This document shows positions 1-14,281 of a stretch of 64,000 nt of DNA, in pieces. The stretch's first letter is position 1. Each line of letters opens with the position of its first letter. The DNA lies in contig OX597838.1 of NCBI GenBank assembly GCA_951406725.2, forward strand, positions 26,846,001 to 26,910,000, read 5' to 3'. The translations under genes and the position numbers were made by a program. Below the pieces are notes generated by a model that worked only from the letters and a program-made list of their open reading frames with translations, was not told where the DNA came from and made no database searches. The DNA is from Octopus vulgaris. Its lineage: Eukaryota.

Positions 1-255
1 AAAAAAGGGGACATGTGGTGAACAAACACAGAAAAGAAAGGTAACATTAACTAACCCTGTACCCTTTTCTCTTTCAACATGCCAAAAAAAAAGTGTGTGT
101 GTGTATACACATATATATGTAGGCAATTTGGGTCCTTTTTTTTTCACTCTTTTTGTCTGGTGTGGCATGATGGGATGGGATGGGATGTGGTGGGTTGTTT
201 CTTTGCTTTCTCAGTTAAAGAAGCCAGGTTGTAACATTAAGTAGGGTTTCAGTTA

Positions 256-258
<3 letters not shown>

Positions 259-315
<57 letters not shown>
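259..315. repeat. (TA)n microsatellite
   Basis: Pure TA run. Confidence 0.95.
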
Positions 316-316
<1 letters not shown>

Positions 317-318
<2 letters not shown>

Positions 319-530
319 TTTTGTTTCAGTTATTTGATGGTGACCATGCTGGAGCATCACCTTAAAGGATTTCTAGTCAAAGAAATCAAAACCAGGATTT
401 ATTCTTTGTCTGCCTAGGGCTTATTCTATTGGTCTCTTTTGCCAAACTGCTAAGTTACGAGGATGTAAACACACCAACATTGGTTGTCAAGTGATGGTGG
501 GAGGGGACAAACACAAACACAAAAACACAC
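317..530 (-). mobile_element. SINE family A, 3' half, inverted relative to the copy at 594-990
   Basis: Reverse complement of the 790-990 segment (TTGTTTCAGT...CATGCTGGAGCA...TAAACACACCAACATTGGTTGTCAAG). Confidence 0.85.
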
Positions 531-558
531 ACACACATAAATATATACATTATATATA

Positions 559-593
<35 letters not shown>

Positions 594-990
594 GGCGCAG
601 GAGTGGCTGTGTGGTAAGTAGCTTGCTTACCAACCACATGGTTCCGGGTTCAGTTCCACTGCGTGGCACCTTGGGCAAGTGTCTTCTACTATAGCTTCGG
701 CCGACCAAAGCCTTGTGAGTGGATTTGGTAGACGGAAACTGAAAGAAGCCTGTCCTATATATGTATGTGTGTGTGTATGTGCTTGTGTATTTGTGTTTGT
801 CCCTCCAACATTGCTTGACAACCGATGCTGGTGTGTTTAGGTCCTTGTAACTTAGCGGTTCGGACACAAAGCGACCGATAGAATAAGTACTGGGCTTACA
901 AAGAATAAGTCTACCAAATTTGCTTGACTAAAGGCGGTTGGCCCAGCATGGCACAGTCACATGACTGAAACAAGTAAAAGAGTAAAAGAG
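594..990 (+). mobile_element. SINE family A, full length (tRNA-like head, CCTTGGGCAAGT core-like block, internal TA/TG microsatellite, 3' module, GTAAAAGA tail)
   Basis: A-box-like TGGCTGTGTGG and B-box-like GGTTCAGTTCC; more than 10 homologous copies in the window. Confidence 0.9.
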
Positions 991-1544
991 TATATATATT
1001 GGGCTTCTTTCAGTTTCCATCTACCAAATCCACTCAGGTTTTTTTTTGTCAGCCCAGTAGAAGACAGTTGCCTAAGGTTCTATGCAAGCGAGACTGAATC
1101 TGGAACCCATGTGGTTGGGAAACCTCTGCCTGTGTAAATAAAATTTAAGAAAAAAACAAAAACAAAAAAAAACAAGAAGCATCTTTGATTCATAGGTTCT
1201 GCTGGATGTGACAGCTGACCTGGGGCTAAACATCTACACTACCACTGCTTTTAAGCAAGCTGAATTTCAACAACCCTTCCACCCTATCAAATCTTGATTT
1301 AGTTCCCTAACCCCATTATCCACCCTCCACTCTCATTCTCTCTCTCTCCCCCACCCTTCCTCACCAAATCCCTACTTCTTCCTGAACTACACCCCTCCCT
1401 TCTGCCACCACCGTAACCACACTAAACAAATACTATCACTGAACACTAAATCTTCTAATACTAAGGACATATGTTCTGCAATCTCTGGAGAGAAGAGCTT
1501 TTCGCACATGTGAAGAAGGGCTGTAGATTTTGTAATCAAATGCT

Positions 1545-2470
1545 GGCGGTGGTGGCGGTGTGGTGGTGGCAGTGATGGTAGTAGTGTTAGTGATGATAGT
1601 GGGGATAGAAGTTGGAATTGTGGTGGTGGTAGTAATCATAGTAGTAGTAGTAGTAGTAGTGATAGTAGTAGTGGTGGTGATGGTGGTGTTCTTTAATTAT
1701 GCTAATGAAAATAGCAATTGTGATGGCAGTAGTAGTGGTGGTGGTGATAGTGGTGGTAGTAGTGGTGGTGATGGTGGTAGTAGCAGTAGCAATGGTGGTG
1801 GTGTTCTTTAATTATGCTAATGAAAATAGCAATGGTGATGGCCGTAGTAGTAGAAGTAGTAGTAGTAGTAGTGATGGTGGTGGTAGTGGTGGTAGTAGTA
1901 GTAGTAGTAGTAGTGTGTTTGCTGTGGTGGTAGTGGTAGTTGAGGTTAGAATAATAATAGATCACTGTGGTAGTAGTAGTAGTAGTAGTGGTGGTAGTAA
2001 TAATGGGGGAGGCATGGGCAGTGATAAAAGTGGTGGTGCGAGATACGGTGGCGGTGGTAGAGGTGACAATGGTGCAACTGTGATGATGAGGTTAAACAGT
2101 GATAACAATAATGTTAGGGGATGGTCATGATAACAGTAAAGGTTGTAGTACTGGTGGTGGTGGTGCTGCTGCAGAGTAAATGGTTTGCAGAGAAAGAACT
2201 AACTGCCAAAGAACACAACACATCTGCCTCCTCTGTTGGGGAATTCCTCATAATTGACTAAGATAAGCCACCTGGTGGTGGTGGTGGTGGTGGTGGTAGT
2301 AGTAGTAGTAGTAGCGGCAGTGGTGGTATTTTTGGTTCTTGTGATGGTGTTAATGAAAATAGCAATGGTGAGTAGTAGTAGTATTTGTAGTAGTAGTATT
2401 TGTAATAGTGGTGGTGGGGGCAAGTAGGAAAAGTGGTGGTGGTGGTGGTGGTGGTGGTTGTAGCAGCAGT
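1545..2470. repeat. (GTG/GTA)n trinucleotide-rich low-complexity region with a short internal duplication
   Basis: GGT/AGT runs; TGGTGGTGTTCTTTAATTATGCTAATGAAAATAGCAA occurs twice (~1681, ~1796). Confidence 0.85.
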
Positions 2471-2950
2471 AGACCCAACCACAGGACATTACATAATGTA
2501 GCTCTAGATATACTATGCCTGAATGAAGGAAATATGAAACTGCCACGACTTTAATCACAGGCCTACTGGATCAGAGCTGACCTGGGCTAAATAACAACAG
2601 CAGTAGCAGTAGTGGTGGTGGTGGTGGTAATAGTAGTAGCAGCAGCAGCCGTTCAAGAATTTGGACCTGGAGATCTCCATTTCCAGCGACTTCGAGGGCC
2701 ATCTCCCAGTGGTGTCGGACGTCAACGAAGAACTCTCGACTAAAACAAGACGACCAAAGTCTTTTTTTTCCCAAGGTCTGGGGTCTCCCGCCCTTAAGCT
2801 CTAGACCATAAACTAATCACCTTTACCCGGCTGGTTGCATAACAACAACAACAGAAGCGGCAGCAGTAGTTTGAACCAAACCAACATGGATCAAGGCAAA
2901 CTTAGTATGACCGTGATGGCTGTATGCTTAAGAAGCCCGTTTCACAACTG

Positions 2951-3432
2951 TGTAGTTTCGGTTTTAGTCTCACTTCTTAGAATCTGGGGCAAGTACCTTC
3001 TACAATCGCCCCAGGCTGACCAATAACTTGTGGGTGAATTTGGTAGACAGAAATTGTACAAAGCCCCAACCATGTAGTTTCGGTTTTAGTCTCACTGCTT
3101 AAAATCTGGGGCAAGTACCTTCTACAATAACCCTAGGCTGACCGATAACTTGTGGGTGAATTTGGTAGACAGAAATTGTACAAAGCCCCAACCATGTAGT
3201 TTCAGTTTCAGTCTCAATGCTTAGAATCTGGGGCAAGTACCTTCTACAATAGCCCCAGGCTGACCAATAACTTGTGGGTGAATTTGATAGACAGAAATTG
3301 TACAAAGCCCCAACCATGTAGTTTCGGTTTTAGTCTCACTGCTTAGAATCTGGGGCAAGTACCTTCTACAATAGCCCCAGGCTGACCAATAACTTGTGGG
3401 TGAATTTGGAAGACGGAAATTGTACAAAGCCC
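2951..3432 (+). repeat. 4 x 122-bp tandem array derived from a diverged SINE A 5' segment
   Basis: TGTAGTTTC starts at 2951, 3073, 3195, 3317; unit contains GGGCAAGT...GAATTTGGTAGACAGAAA. Confidence 0.9.
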
Positions 3433-3687
3433 ATAATATGTACATGTCTGTGTTAGTATGTATCTGTCCATGTGTGTGAATATGAATGTTTACAGTCTGC
3501 ACTGAGCACAGTTACTACGAAAGGTGATGCTTGTTAACATTTCCCTATCAACAAATTATCCAGTAGCTCAGCGCTTTCAAAGGTAAATATTATGAAAACC
3601 ACCTGGCTTGAAAAACACATGAGGGTTAGTGAGAGGAAGTAAATCCTTTTACAACACAAGGCTATAATAATATGGCTTTATCCAAAT

Positions 3688-4795
3688 CAGGGGTTCTCAA
3701 CCATTTTTTATCCCCTGGACCCTTTTGTTTACTATTTTATTCTGGTGGACCCCCATAACCATTTGATGTTCAAAAACTAGTTTTAAAGAAATTTCTTTCA
3801 AAATTCTTATTTTGTTTTCCATACATTAACTTGTGTAGGTTGAACTATGTAAGATGTTAGAGAGAGAGACCTAGCTGCTTCTTATTTGAAAGGGCTACAC
3901 ACAGAGGGGACAAGCAAGGACAGAAAAAAAGGATTAAGTCGATTATATCGACCCTAGTGTGTAACTGGTACTTATTTAATTGACCCCAAAAGGATGAAAG
4001 GCAACGTCGACCTCGGCGGAATTTGAACTCAGAACGTAGCTGCAGACGAAATACCTATTTCTTTACTACCCACAAAGGGGCTAAACACATGAGAAGACAA
4101 ACAAGTACAAACAGATTCATTCGATTATATCAACCCCAGTGCGTAACTGGTACTTATCTAATTGACCCCGAAAGGTTGAAAGGCAAATTCGACCTTGGCG
4201 GAATTTGAACTCAGAACGTAGCGGCAGATGAAATACCTATTTCTTTACTACCCACAAGGGGCTAAGCTAAACACATGAGAGTACAAACAAGGACAAACAG
4301 ATTAAGTCGATTATATCAACCCCAGTGCTTAACTGGTACTTATTCAATCGACCCCGAAAGGATGAAAGGCAAATTCGACCTCGACGGAATTTGAACTCAG
4401 AAGATAGCTGCAGACGAAATACCTATTTCTTTACTACCCACAAGGGGCTAAACACATGAGAAGACAAACAAGGACAGACAAACAGATTAAGTCAATTATA
4501 TCAACCCCAGTGCATAACTGGTACTTATTTAATTGACCCCGAAAGGATGAAAAGCAAAGTCGACCTCGGTGGAATTTGAACTCAGAACGTAGCGGCAGAC
4601 GAAATACAGCTTAGCATTTCGCCCGGCGTGCTAACGTTTCTGCCAGCTCACTGTTTCTTGCAATACATATCAATTCATACATTTAAAGCAAAATTTTTTT
4701 CAGGGGCCCTTAAAGTACTATTGTGGATCCCCAATTTATTATTTTGCTATACAGATCCTCAGGGGGTCATACAGAGTCCGGTTCGAGAACCACTG
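3688..4795. mobile_element. hAT-like MITE interrupted by a SINE B concatemer
   Basis: TIRs CAGGGGTTCTCAAC / GTTCGAGAACCACTG; imperfect 8-bp TSD ATCCAAAT/ATCTAAAC; second copy at 22022-22667. Confidence 0.8.
3880..4651 (-). mobile_element. SINE family B (Meta-domain-like) head-to-tail concatemer, 4 units of ~182-186 bp, one tRNA-like head
   Basis: GAACTCAGAA at 4025, 4207, 4393, 4578; GCCTTTCATCCTTTCGGGGTCGAT..AAGTACC block resembling the MetaSINE domain; CTG(C/T)TTCTT duplicated at both flanks. Confidence 0.9.
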
Positions 4796-5176
4796 ATCTA
4801 AACGCTTCCTAACATGAAAAAGGAAAAAAAATAATGAGATGCAGAACTGGATGTAAAACTAGCAATTAACATATCAAACAGTAAGCCTGCTGATGTAAAA
4901 TTTAAAATTAACATGCTGTGCTGTAATAGAATTTAGCTCAGACGGTCGGCCCATAGTATTGACTTTATCATTTAATCCACTGGGTTAATGTCAAGGGTAC
5001 TTAAACCGAGATTATCAACTACCCTGAAACTTGTCTGACAAAGAAGATAATCCAGCAGCTATTGCGATTCAATAAAATTATTACATAGACGAGTGTTTTG
5101 TATTTTAAGGCCATCATTTAAGAACTTTGTATGCTCATCAATGCAGGTAGGTATATATATATATCAATGTTCTTCG

Positions 5177-5372
5177 TGCAGTTGTCAAGTGGTACCTGCG
5201 CGAGCGGAGAAGACCACACGGAAGACCTCCACGACGGTGGAGTTACGATTTCAGGAGGACGATTGGGATCACGTAGATGAGAAAGGTATGATCCAGAGAG
5301 GAGTGGACAGCGTGCAGTGACCAGCGGTGTCAAATGGACGCCTGATGGACTGGTCAGTCAAGGTGATCAAGG
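5177..5372 (+). mobile_element. RTE-clade LINE, 3'-terminal ORF relic
   Basis: Translates VKWYLRERRRPHGRPPRRWSYDFRRTIGIT*MRKV*SREEW, matching the RTE C-terminal W.PR..KRP.GRPP.RW motif; in-frame stops. Confidence 0.8.
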
Positions 5373-5612
5373 GGATATAAATCAATGTGTGTGTGTGAAT
5401 GTTTACAATCTGTGCACTGTGCAGGGTTTCAAATAGTGACGTTTAACATTCTCTGGTCAACCAAATATCTGCCCGCTCTGCACTTTCAAATGTGAATGTA
5501 ATGAACATGCCCTTACTTAAAAGAAAAACAAAAACAAATAAACATAAGGGTTAGTGAGAGTTGAGTATAGGTTATCACTCAGTTGTGAAATTCAACCATT
5601 TAAGAGTAAGCC

Positions 5613-6726
5613 TATTTCTTTACTACCCACAAGGGGCTACACACAGAGGGGACAAACAAGGACTGACAAACGGATTAAGTCGATTATATCGACCCCAGTG
5701 CATAACTGGTACTGATTTAATCGACCCCGAAAGGATGAAAGGCAAAGTCGACCTCGGCGGAATTTGAACTCAGAACATAGCGGCAGACAAAATACCTATT
5801 TCTTTACAACCCACAAGGAGCTAAACACAGAGGGGGACAAACAAGGACAGACAAATGGCTCAAGTTGATTATATCGACCCCAGTGCGTAACTGGTACTTA
5901 TTTAATCGACCCTGAAAGGATGAAAGGCAAAGTCGACCTCGGCGGAATTTGAACTCAGAACATAGCGGCAGACAAAATACCTATTTCTTTACAACCCACA
6001 AGGAGCTAAACACAGAGGGGACAAACAAGGACTGACAAACGGATTAAGTCGATTATATCGACCCCAGTGCGTAACTGGTACTGATTTAATCGACCCCGAA
6101 AGGATGAAAGGCAAAGTCGACCTCGGCGGAATTTGAACTCAGAACATAGCGGCAGACAAAATACCTATTTCTTTACAACCCACAAGGAGCTAAACACAGA
6201 GGGGGACAAACAAGGACAGACAAATGGATTAAGTCGATTATATCGACCCCAGTGCGTAACTGGTACTGATTTAATCGACCCCGAAAGGATGAAAGGCAAA
6301 GTCGACCTCGGCGGAATTTGAACTCAGAACATAGCGGCGGACAAAATACCTATTTCTTTACAGACAAATGGCTCAAGTTGATTATATCGACCCCAGTGCG
6401 TAACTGGTACTTATTTAATCGACCCTGAAAGGATGAAAGGCAAAGTCAACCTCGGCAGAATTTGAACTCAGAACGTAGTGGCAGACAAAATAGCTATTTC
6501 TTTACTACCCACAAGGGGCTAAACATAGAGGGGGACAAACAAGGACAGACAAACAGATTAAGTCGATTATATCAACCCCAGTGCGTAACTGGTACTTATT
6601 TAATCGACCCCGAAAGGATGAAAGGCAAAGTCGACCTCGGTGGAATTTGAACTCAGAACATAGCGGCAGACGAAATACCGCTAAGCGTTTCACCCGGCAT
6701 GCTAACGATTCTGCCAGCTCGCCACC
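5613..6726 (-). mobile_element. SINE family B concatemer, 6 units (~185 bp, one internally deleted), single head, 16-bp TSD
   Basis: GAACTCAGAAC at 5766, 5951, 6135, 6320, 6464, 6648; TTTAAGAGTAAGCCTA at 5599-5614 and 6729-6744. Confidence 0.92.
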
Positions 6727-6968
6727 TTTTTAAGAGTAAGCCTAAGGCTGATGGTAATGGTGGTAGTGGTAGTGGCGATAGTTGTGGTGGTGATGGTGGT
6801 AGCCAAGTGGTGGTAATGGTCAGGTTAGTAAAGATGGTGGTGGTAGTCATGGTGATAGTGATGGGTAGTTGGTAATCTCAGTTAAAGTCCCCTTGCCAAG
6901 GCAGCCTGAATTTGATCCCCCGGAATGGGAATACAGCGCTTAAATGTTATGTGAAAATTTGTAATGTA

Positions 6969-7417
6969 TCTCTATATATATATATAAACGGCAAAATATC
7001 TGTGTGTGTGTGTGTGTGTAGCCTTTATACAAATCCACAATTTTTCAGTTAGAGCGCTCGCACTATCTATGGTCATTCAAAACCATCCAAGGGTGGTCAT
7101 GCACATCTTTACATTTCCCCAGTCGCCCGCCCCGCAAAGCCATTAAAAAATCAATAGAAGTGACTTTTTTGTGAATTTTCTATCCAAAGCCCAATCAAAA
7201 TGCCCGAATCTTGATACATCAATTGAATGGTATGGGTTGGACAGTTTGACAGGAGCTGTGTGTATACAATCCCCTCAAAATACTTTTATTGACTCAAGGC
7301 TATAGTAGAAGAAACTCACCCAAGCTGTATGTGATTGGTCGGAGATTTGGACTGTACTCGCATGTATGTGCGCATGCACGCAGCTGTATATGCATGCACT
7401 AGCACTATTGTGCTAGT
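6969..7417 (+). mobile_element. Probable non-autonomous Helitron
   Basis: Starts TC-(TA)n-AA, ends GCTAG|T; SINE fragments inside at ~7228-7323. Confidence 0.5.
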
Positions 7418-7530
7418 CTATCTATAAAATTCTATAAAATTTGTAATGTTAAAATGCTTCATAGTTTTCACATAGCTAGCCCAGGTTCAATTCCTGACAT
7501 GAACATAGCACTTTCACAGTATATCACCAT

Positions 7531-7760
7531 TTAACCCTTTTGATACCAACCCGGCCGAAACCGGCTCTGACTCTGTAGTACAAATGTCTTGTTTTCATAG
7601 GTATCAAATTAAAATCTTCCACCAAACCTTAGTCACAATTTATGTTCCTAACACTAGCTGAATAATAATGAAGTTAAGTTACTAAATTCTTTGTTATATT
7701 TAAAATTAATTAAAAAAAACACAGAACATCTCAAAATAAATACAGTAATGAAAGGGTTAA
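7531..7760. mobile_element. piggyBac-like MITE, family 1
   Basis: TTAA|CCCTTT ... AAAGGG|TTAA; homologous (inverted) to 34023-34618. Confidence 0.8.
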
Positions 7761-8357
7761 CATCCGTTTTCCATGCTGGTATGGGTTGGACAGTTTGATA
7801 GGAGCTGTGTGTGTGTGTGTATACAATCCCTTCAAAAGACTTTTATTGTCTCAAGGCTATAGTAGAAGACACTCACCCAAGGTGCCACGCAATGGGACCG
7901 AACCTGGAACCATGGGGTTGAGAACCAAGCTTCTTACCACTCAGCCATGCACATATTTCTCATCATAAACACAACATGAAGCATTTTATCCGTAAACGTA
8001 CATCATCAACCGACGGCTAGGAGACGAAAACCCAAACGAATACAAGGAACAGGATTTCCAGAAATGCAGTGAATTATGATCAGAGTATTATCAAAGTAGA
8101 ACATTATCATCAGAGAACATTATCAGTAGATAGTGTTATGAAAACAACATTATCATCACAGTGTTATGAAAGCTGAGTGTTATCATCACAGAGTTATCAA
8201 TATATAATAGTGATGATGGTGGTGATAAGGGCAATGATGATGGAGGCGATAGTGATGAAGGTAGTGGTGGTTAGGCTGTCGGTGGTGCAGTGATTTTGAT
8301 GGTGATAGTAATGGTGGTAGCAATAAAGGTGATGGGGCACCTTAATAATAATAATAA

Positions 8358-8806
8358 TTTCAAATTTTGGCACAAGGCCAGCAATTTTGGGGAAGGTTAT
8401 AAATTGGTCACATTGACCCCAGTGCACAACTGGTACTTATTTTATTGACCCTATAATGTTGAAAGGCAAAGTTGACCTCAGCAGAATTTGAACTCAGAAC
8501 TTAAAGACAGACAAAATGCCACTAAGCATTTTTGCCTGGTATGCTAATGATTCTGCCAGCTCACCACCCTAATAATAATAATAATAATAATAATAATGTT
8601 CTCTTCTATAGGCACAAGGCCTGAAATTTGGGGGAAAGGAGCTAGTCAATTACACTGAACCCCAGTAACTGACTGGTACTTATAGACTCAGAGAAGATAA
8701 AAGCTAAGTCGACTTTGTTGGGATTTGAACTCAGAATGTAAAGAGCTGGAAGGAATACTGCAAGACATTTCATCTAATGCTCTAATGATTCAGCCAGCCT
8801 GCCAAC
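8358..8806 (-). mobile_element. Two SINE B copies with the alternative tail (CCTTGTGCC...), embedded in (AAT)n
   Basis: Same head and Meta-like body; tails GGCACAAGGCC...AATTT on + strand. Confidence 0.8.
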
Positions 8807-9482
8807 ATAATCGTTAATCTTAATTCCAATGAAGACCAAAGAGAAACAAAGAAAATAACATTTTTTGATATGAAGGAAATTCACAGCAGGTTTCTAAGGA
8901 ACAGATTATCAAATTAATCCAATTAGTAAAAAATTTTTTTAAATATAAAAAAAACAAGATAAAAGAGAAGAAAAAAAATAGGAGTAAAAAAAAACTAAAA
9001 TTTTAATTAAAAAAACATAAAAAGGAAATATTTATGATTGGATTATTATGAGATATTTTGATATGAATGAAGAAAATTACTAAGACATCAGTTTAAATTC
9101 TTTATCGACAGTATCAACAAGAAGAAGCCAATGACAAGGAGATTCTATGAGCTTGCTAGATCTGCTAGAAATAGTAACCAAAGACCTCTTAAGTCATACT
9201 GTCTTTAAAAAAAAAAAAATATATAATCTAGTCCCATACACACACACGAATATTAATCACAATGGCTCATATAGGTACCTATGTTTTTGTGACCAATGGT
9301 GCCATGCACATTGGACTGAAGATGTGCAACGGTCATCAAATTGTTGGCACAAAAACTTAAAGTCTTGAATGTGAGTCTCCATACTTGTACTGTTTAATAA
9401 ATATCATTCTCTATTCTGGATATTAGATCCACCTCTTTTACCATCACACCCGGTTTTTCAAGATCTTAAATATATATATATA

Positions 9483-9630
9483 CATCATCATCATCATCGT
9501 TTAATGTCCGTTTTCCGCGCTAGCACGGGTTGGATGGTTCGACCGGGGTTTGGGAAGCCAGGAGGCTGCACCAGGCTCCAGTCTGTTCTGGCAGTGTTTC
9601 TACAGCTGGATGCCCTTCCTAACGCCAACT
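9483..9630 (-). mobile_element. Family E retroposon 3' end with (GAT)n tail
   Basis: (CAT)n-CGTTTAA..TCCG...CAGCTGGATGCCCTTCCTAACGCCAACC; at least 6 copies in the window. Confidence 0.8.
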
Positions 9631-9754
9631 CATATATGCGTGTATATATACATGAAGAGGTAGGTACGTACATATATGTATATATATATGCATATGTTTT
9701 ACTTATTAATATATTATATGACGGAACGCATGCATCCCTTTCTAAGTAAGATTG

Positions 9755-11525
<1,771 letters not shown>

Positions 11526-12174
11526 ATTTTCCTGAGAGTGGTGCGGAGACATTATTAGATTAGAGGTTTAGTTTTCAGACAACTTGTATGGACTGACTTG
11601 ACAAGACAGACAAGAGTAAATATCGAGATGGAGAGAAAGGAAGCCAGATAGGGAACTAGAGAGAGAGAGAGAGAGAGTACGAGAGTGAAAGAGACATAAA
11701 AACGGACAGATGATCAAACATAGAGGACAGAGAAAGAAAGAGAGAGACCGGTAGACAGAGAGAGAAAGGGAAACACATCTTACAGACACATAGGAAAAAC
11801 AAACAACAAACAGTGGTTGGTACCACGGTGAGGAAGGAATAAAGATAAAGCCCCACCAAATGTGAGAACTGCTTTATAAAAACAACTGACGACCACAATG
11901 TTTGAGTGACAGCGAATTGGCATGCAACTGTTGATTAGCACCAGGTCACTAGGTTTGGTCCTGATTGAGCAGAGCTATGATGGAAGGTGTTCCTGAGCAA
12001 GTGTCTTTACCTAAAACTTTACATGTCCGGGGGGGGGGGGAATTGCCGAAAGAAACTTCCCATATACGAAAATTCGCCATATGGACAATGATAAAGTTTA
12101 TTATATCAGCATTTTTTAAAAATAATAATGATGATGATGATTTCTTTTATTTGCCAACAGGGCAAAGGATGAGG

Positions 12175-12221
<47 letters not shown>

Positions 12222-12679
12222 AATAATAATGAATGATAAGGTTTTATAGGCAAGTCTTCATTCGATGTCAAATATTAAAAAAAAAAGTGATGAGGTTATT
12301 TAAAATGGAAATTCTTACGATAAAAATGTTTAGGGCGAAATTTCCTATAACCAAAACCTCAGGGTGACCAGATCCCTGTGGGCAGAACTTGGTAAAGAGA
12401 AACAATGCCAAAGTCCATTGTATCATTTCGTTTTTGCATGCTTTTTTTTTTCACCAACCCTCATGGTGAGTTGAACAGGTGAGACATTTTGAGGAAACAG
12501 TAAAAAGCTGGATGTTCTTCCTCTCACGAAGTTTTATTTGTTTTTGTTTTTATTCGTCAAACTGGTACGGAAGGTTTTGTTTACAGAACACATAAACAAT
12601 GTGTATGTAAGAGTGTACGTGACTGCTTTTATGATTATACAGGTCTAAAAACAATATTGTAGTGGGGGGGAAAAAAAAA

Positions 12680-12965
12680 ACGCTGAGCTATAGATATGGG
12701 GCTAGGAGGAAGTACAGGGTCAATGATGTCATGCGAACGGCTGAGAGGTCTTCCTGGAAGGACAGGAGCAAGACAGGTCACTGGAGCAGGGGAACGACTA
12801 GTGTGGGCCTCTTTTGCTTCCTGGAGTAGCAGTAACATCCTATTAAAGGTTTTTTCCTGGCTGTACTTGCTGGCAAGTTGTCCTCCTCGTTTACATGAGT
12901 AGCAAGCTACTTCAGCCATTCTGCATTTTTCCCCTCTGACAGTTCTGTACTTTCGAATATGAGTT
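12680..12965 (-). mobile_element. Possible degenerate gag/ORF1 zinc-knuckle relic
   Basis: VACYSCKRGGQLASKYSQ resembles Cx2Cx4Hx4C with H>Q and C>Y, followed by a Pro-rich stretch. Confidence 0.4.
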
Positions 12966-13061
12966 AGCGCCAGCAAGGGCATCCAGCTCTAAAAACATTG
13001 TATCAACAATATGTACTCATTAAACCCATGCTAGCATAGAAAAATGGATGTAATGTATCAT

Positions 13062-13557
13062 CATCATCATCATCATCGTTATCGTTTAACGTCTGCTTGC
13101 CATGCTGGCATGGGTTGGACGATTCAACTGAGGACTGGTAAGCCAGGAGGCTGCACCAGGCTCCAATCTGATCTGGCAAGATTTCTACAGCTGGATGCCC
13201 TTCCTAACGCCAACCACTCCGAAACTGTAGTGGGTGCTTTTTACATGCCACTGGCACGAGTGGCCAGTCAGGCGGTACTGGCATCGACCATGCTCGAATG
13301 GTGATTTTTACTTGCCAATGACATGGGAGAGATATACACACACACACACACACACACAATATATCATGATCATACATACATATACATATATACAACGAGC
13401 TTCTTTTCAGTTTCCGTCTACCAAATCCACTCACAAGGCTTTGGTCGGCTTGAGGCTATAGTAGAAGACACTTGCCCAAGGTGCCATGCAGTGGGACTGA
13501 ACCTGGAACCATGTGGTTGGTAAGCAAGCTACTTACCACACAGCCACTCCTGCGCCT
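13062..13557 (-). mobile_element. Family E element (13062-13325) plus SINE A 5' half (13395-13557)
   Basis: Homology to other copies in the window. Confidence 0.85.
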
Positions 13558-14281
13558 TAAACATACATTCACACACACATACACATCTCATCAAGACAGT
13601 GGAAAGTGGTATTTAGTGTTTGTAGTAGAGGTTTCTGGTGGTTGTTTTGTCGCTGTAGCAGTGGAATAACCATGGCTGGCAGGAGGAGGAGGACAATAAT
13701 GAACATTTAAATGGGGTAAATTTGAAGATTGTTTTATAAAAATAGATGCCATCTGTTTGACAGAGATGGAATACTCGTTGCATTGTTGTTTATTGAGAAA
13801 GAGGAACAGTTATTAATAGTTTGAAATATATCAAGTGGGAAGCTTTTTTCACTCACACACACACACACACACACACATTAAATTATATGTATTCTTTTCT
13901 ACTCTAGGCACAAGGCCTGAAATTTTTAAGAGAGGGGGCCGGTCGATTAGATCAACCCCAGTATGCAACTAGTACTTAATTTATCAACCCTGAAAGGATG
14001 AAAGGCAAAATCGACCTTGGTGGAATTATATTATGTATACACAAACATATACATGAATATATGTTTTGTCTTTTACATGTGTAGGTCATTAGACTATGGC
14101 CATGCTGGGGCATCACCTTGAATTTTTTTTTTTTTGTTTACGTCCCCGTAACTTGACAGTTTGGCAAAAGAGACTGATAGAATAAGTACTAGGCTTACAA
14201 AGAATACCTGATCATAAAATATCTGCGTCAATAAATTTCATTTAACCCATACTAGAATGAAAAAATGGTCATAAAAAATGA

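Noticed and set aside
4023-6693. Recurrent ~62-aa ORFs ending LIDPERMKGKVDLGGI, and KVPRSGTEPGTMWL ORFs elsewhere
   Set aside because: Antisense readings of SINE B and SINE A, not genes
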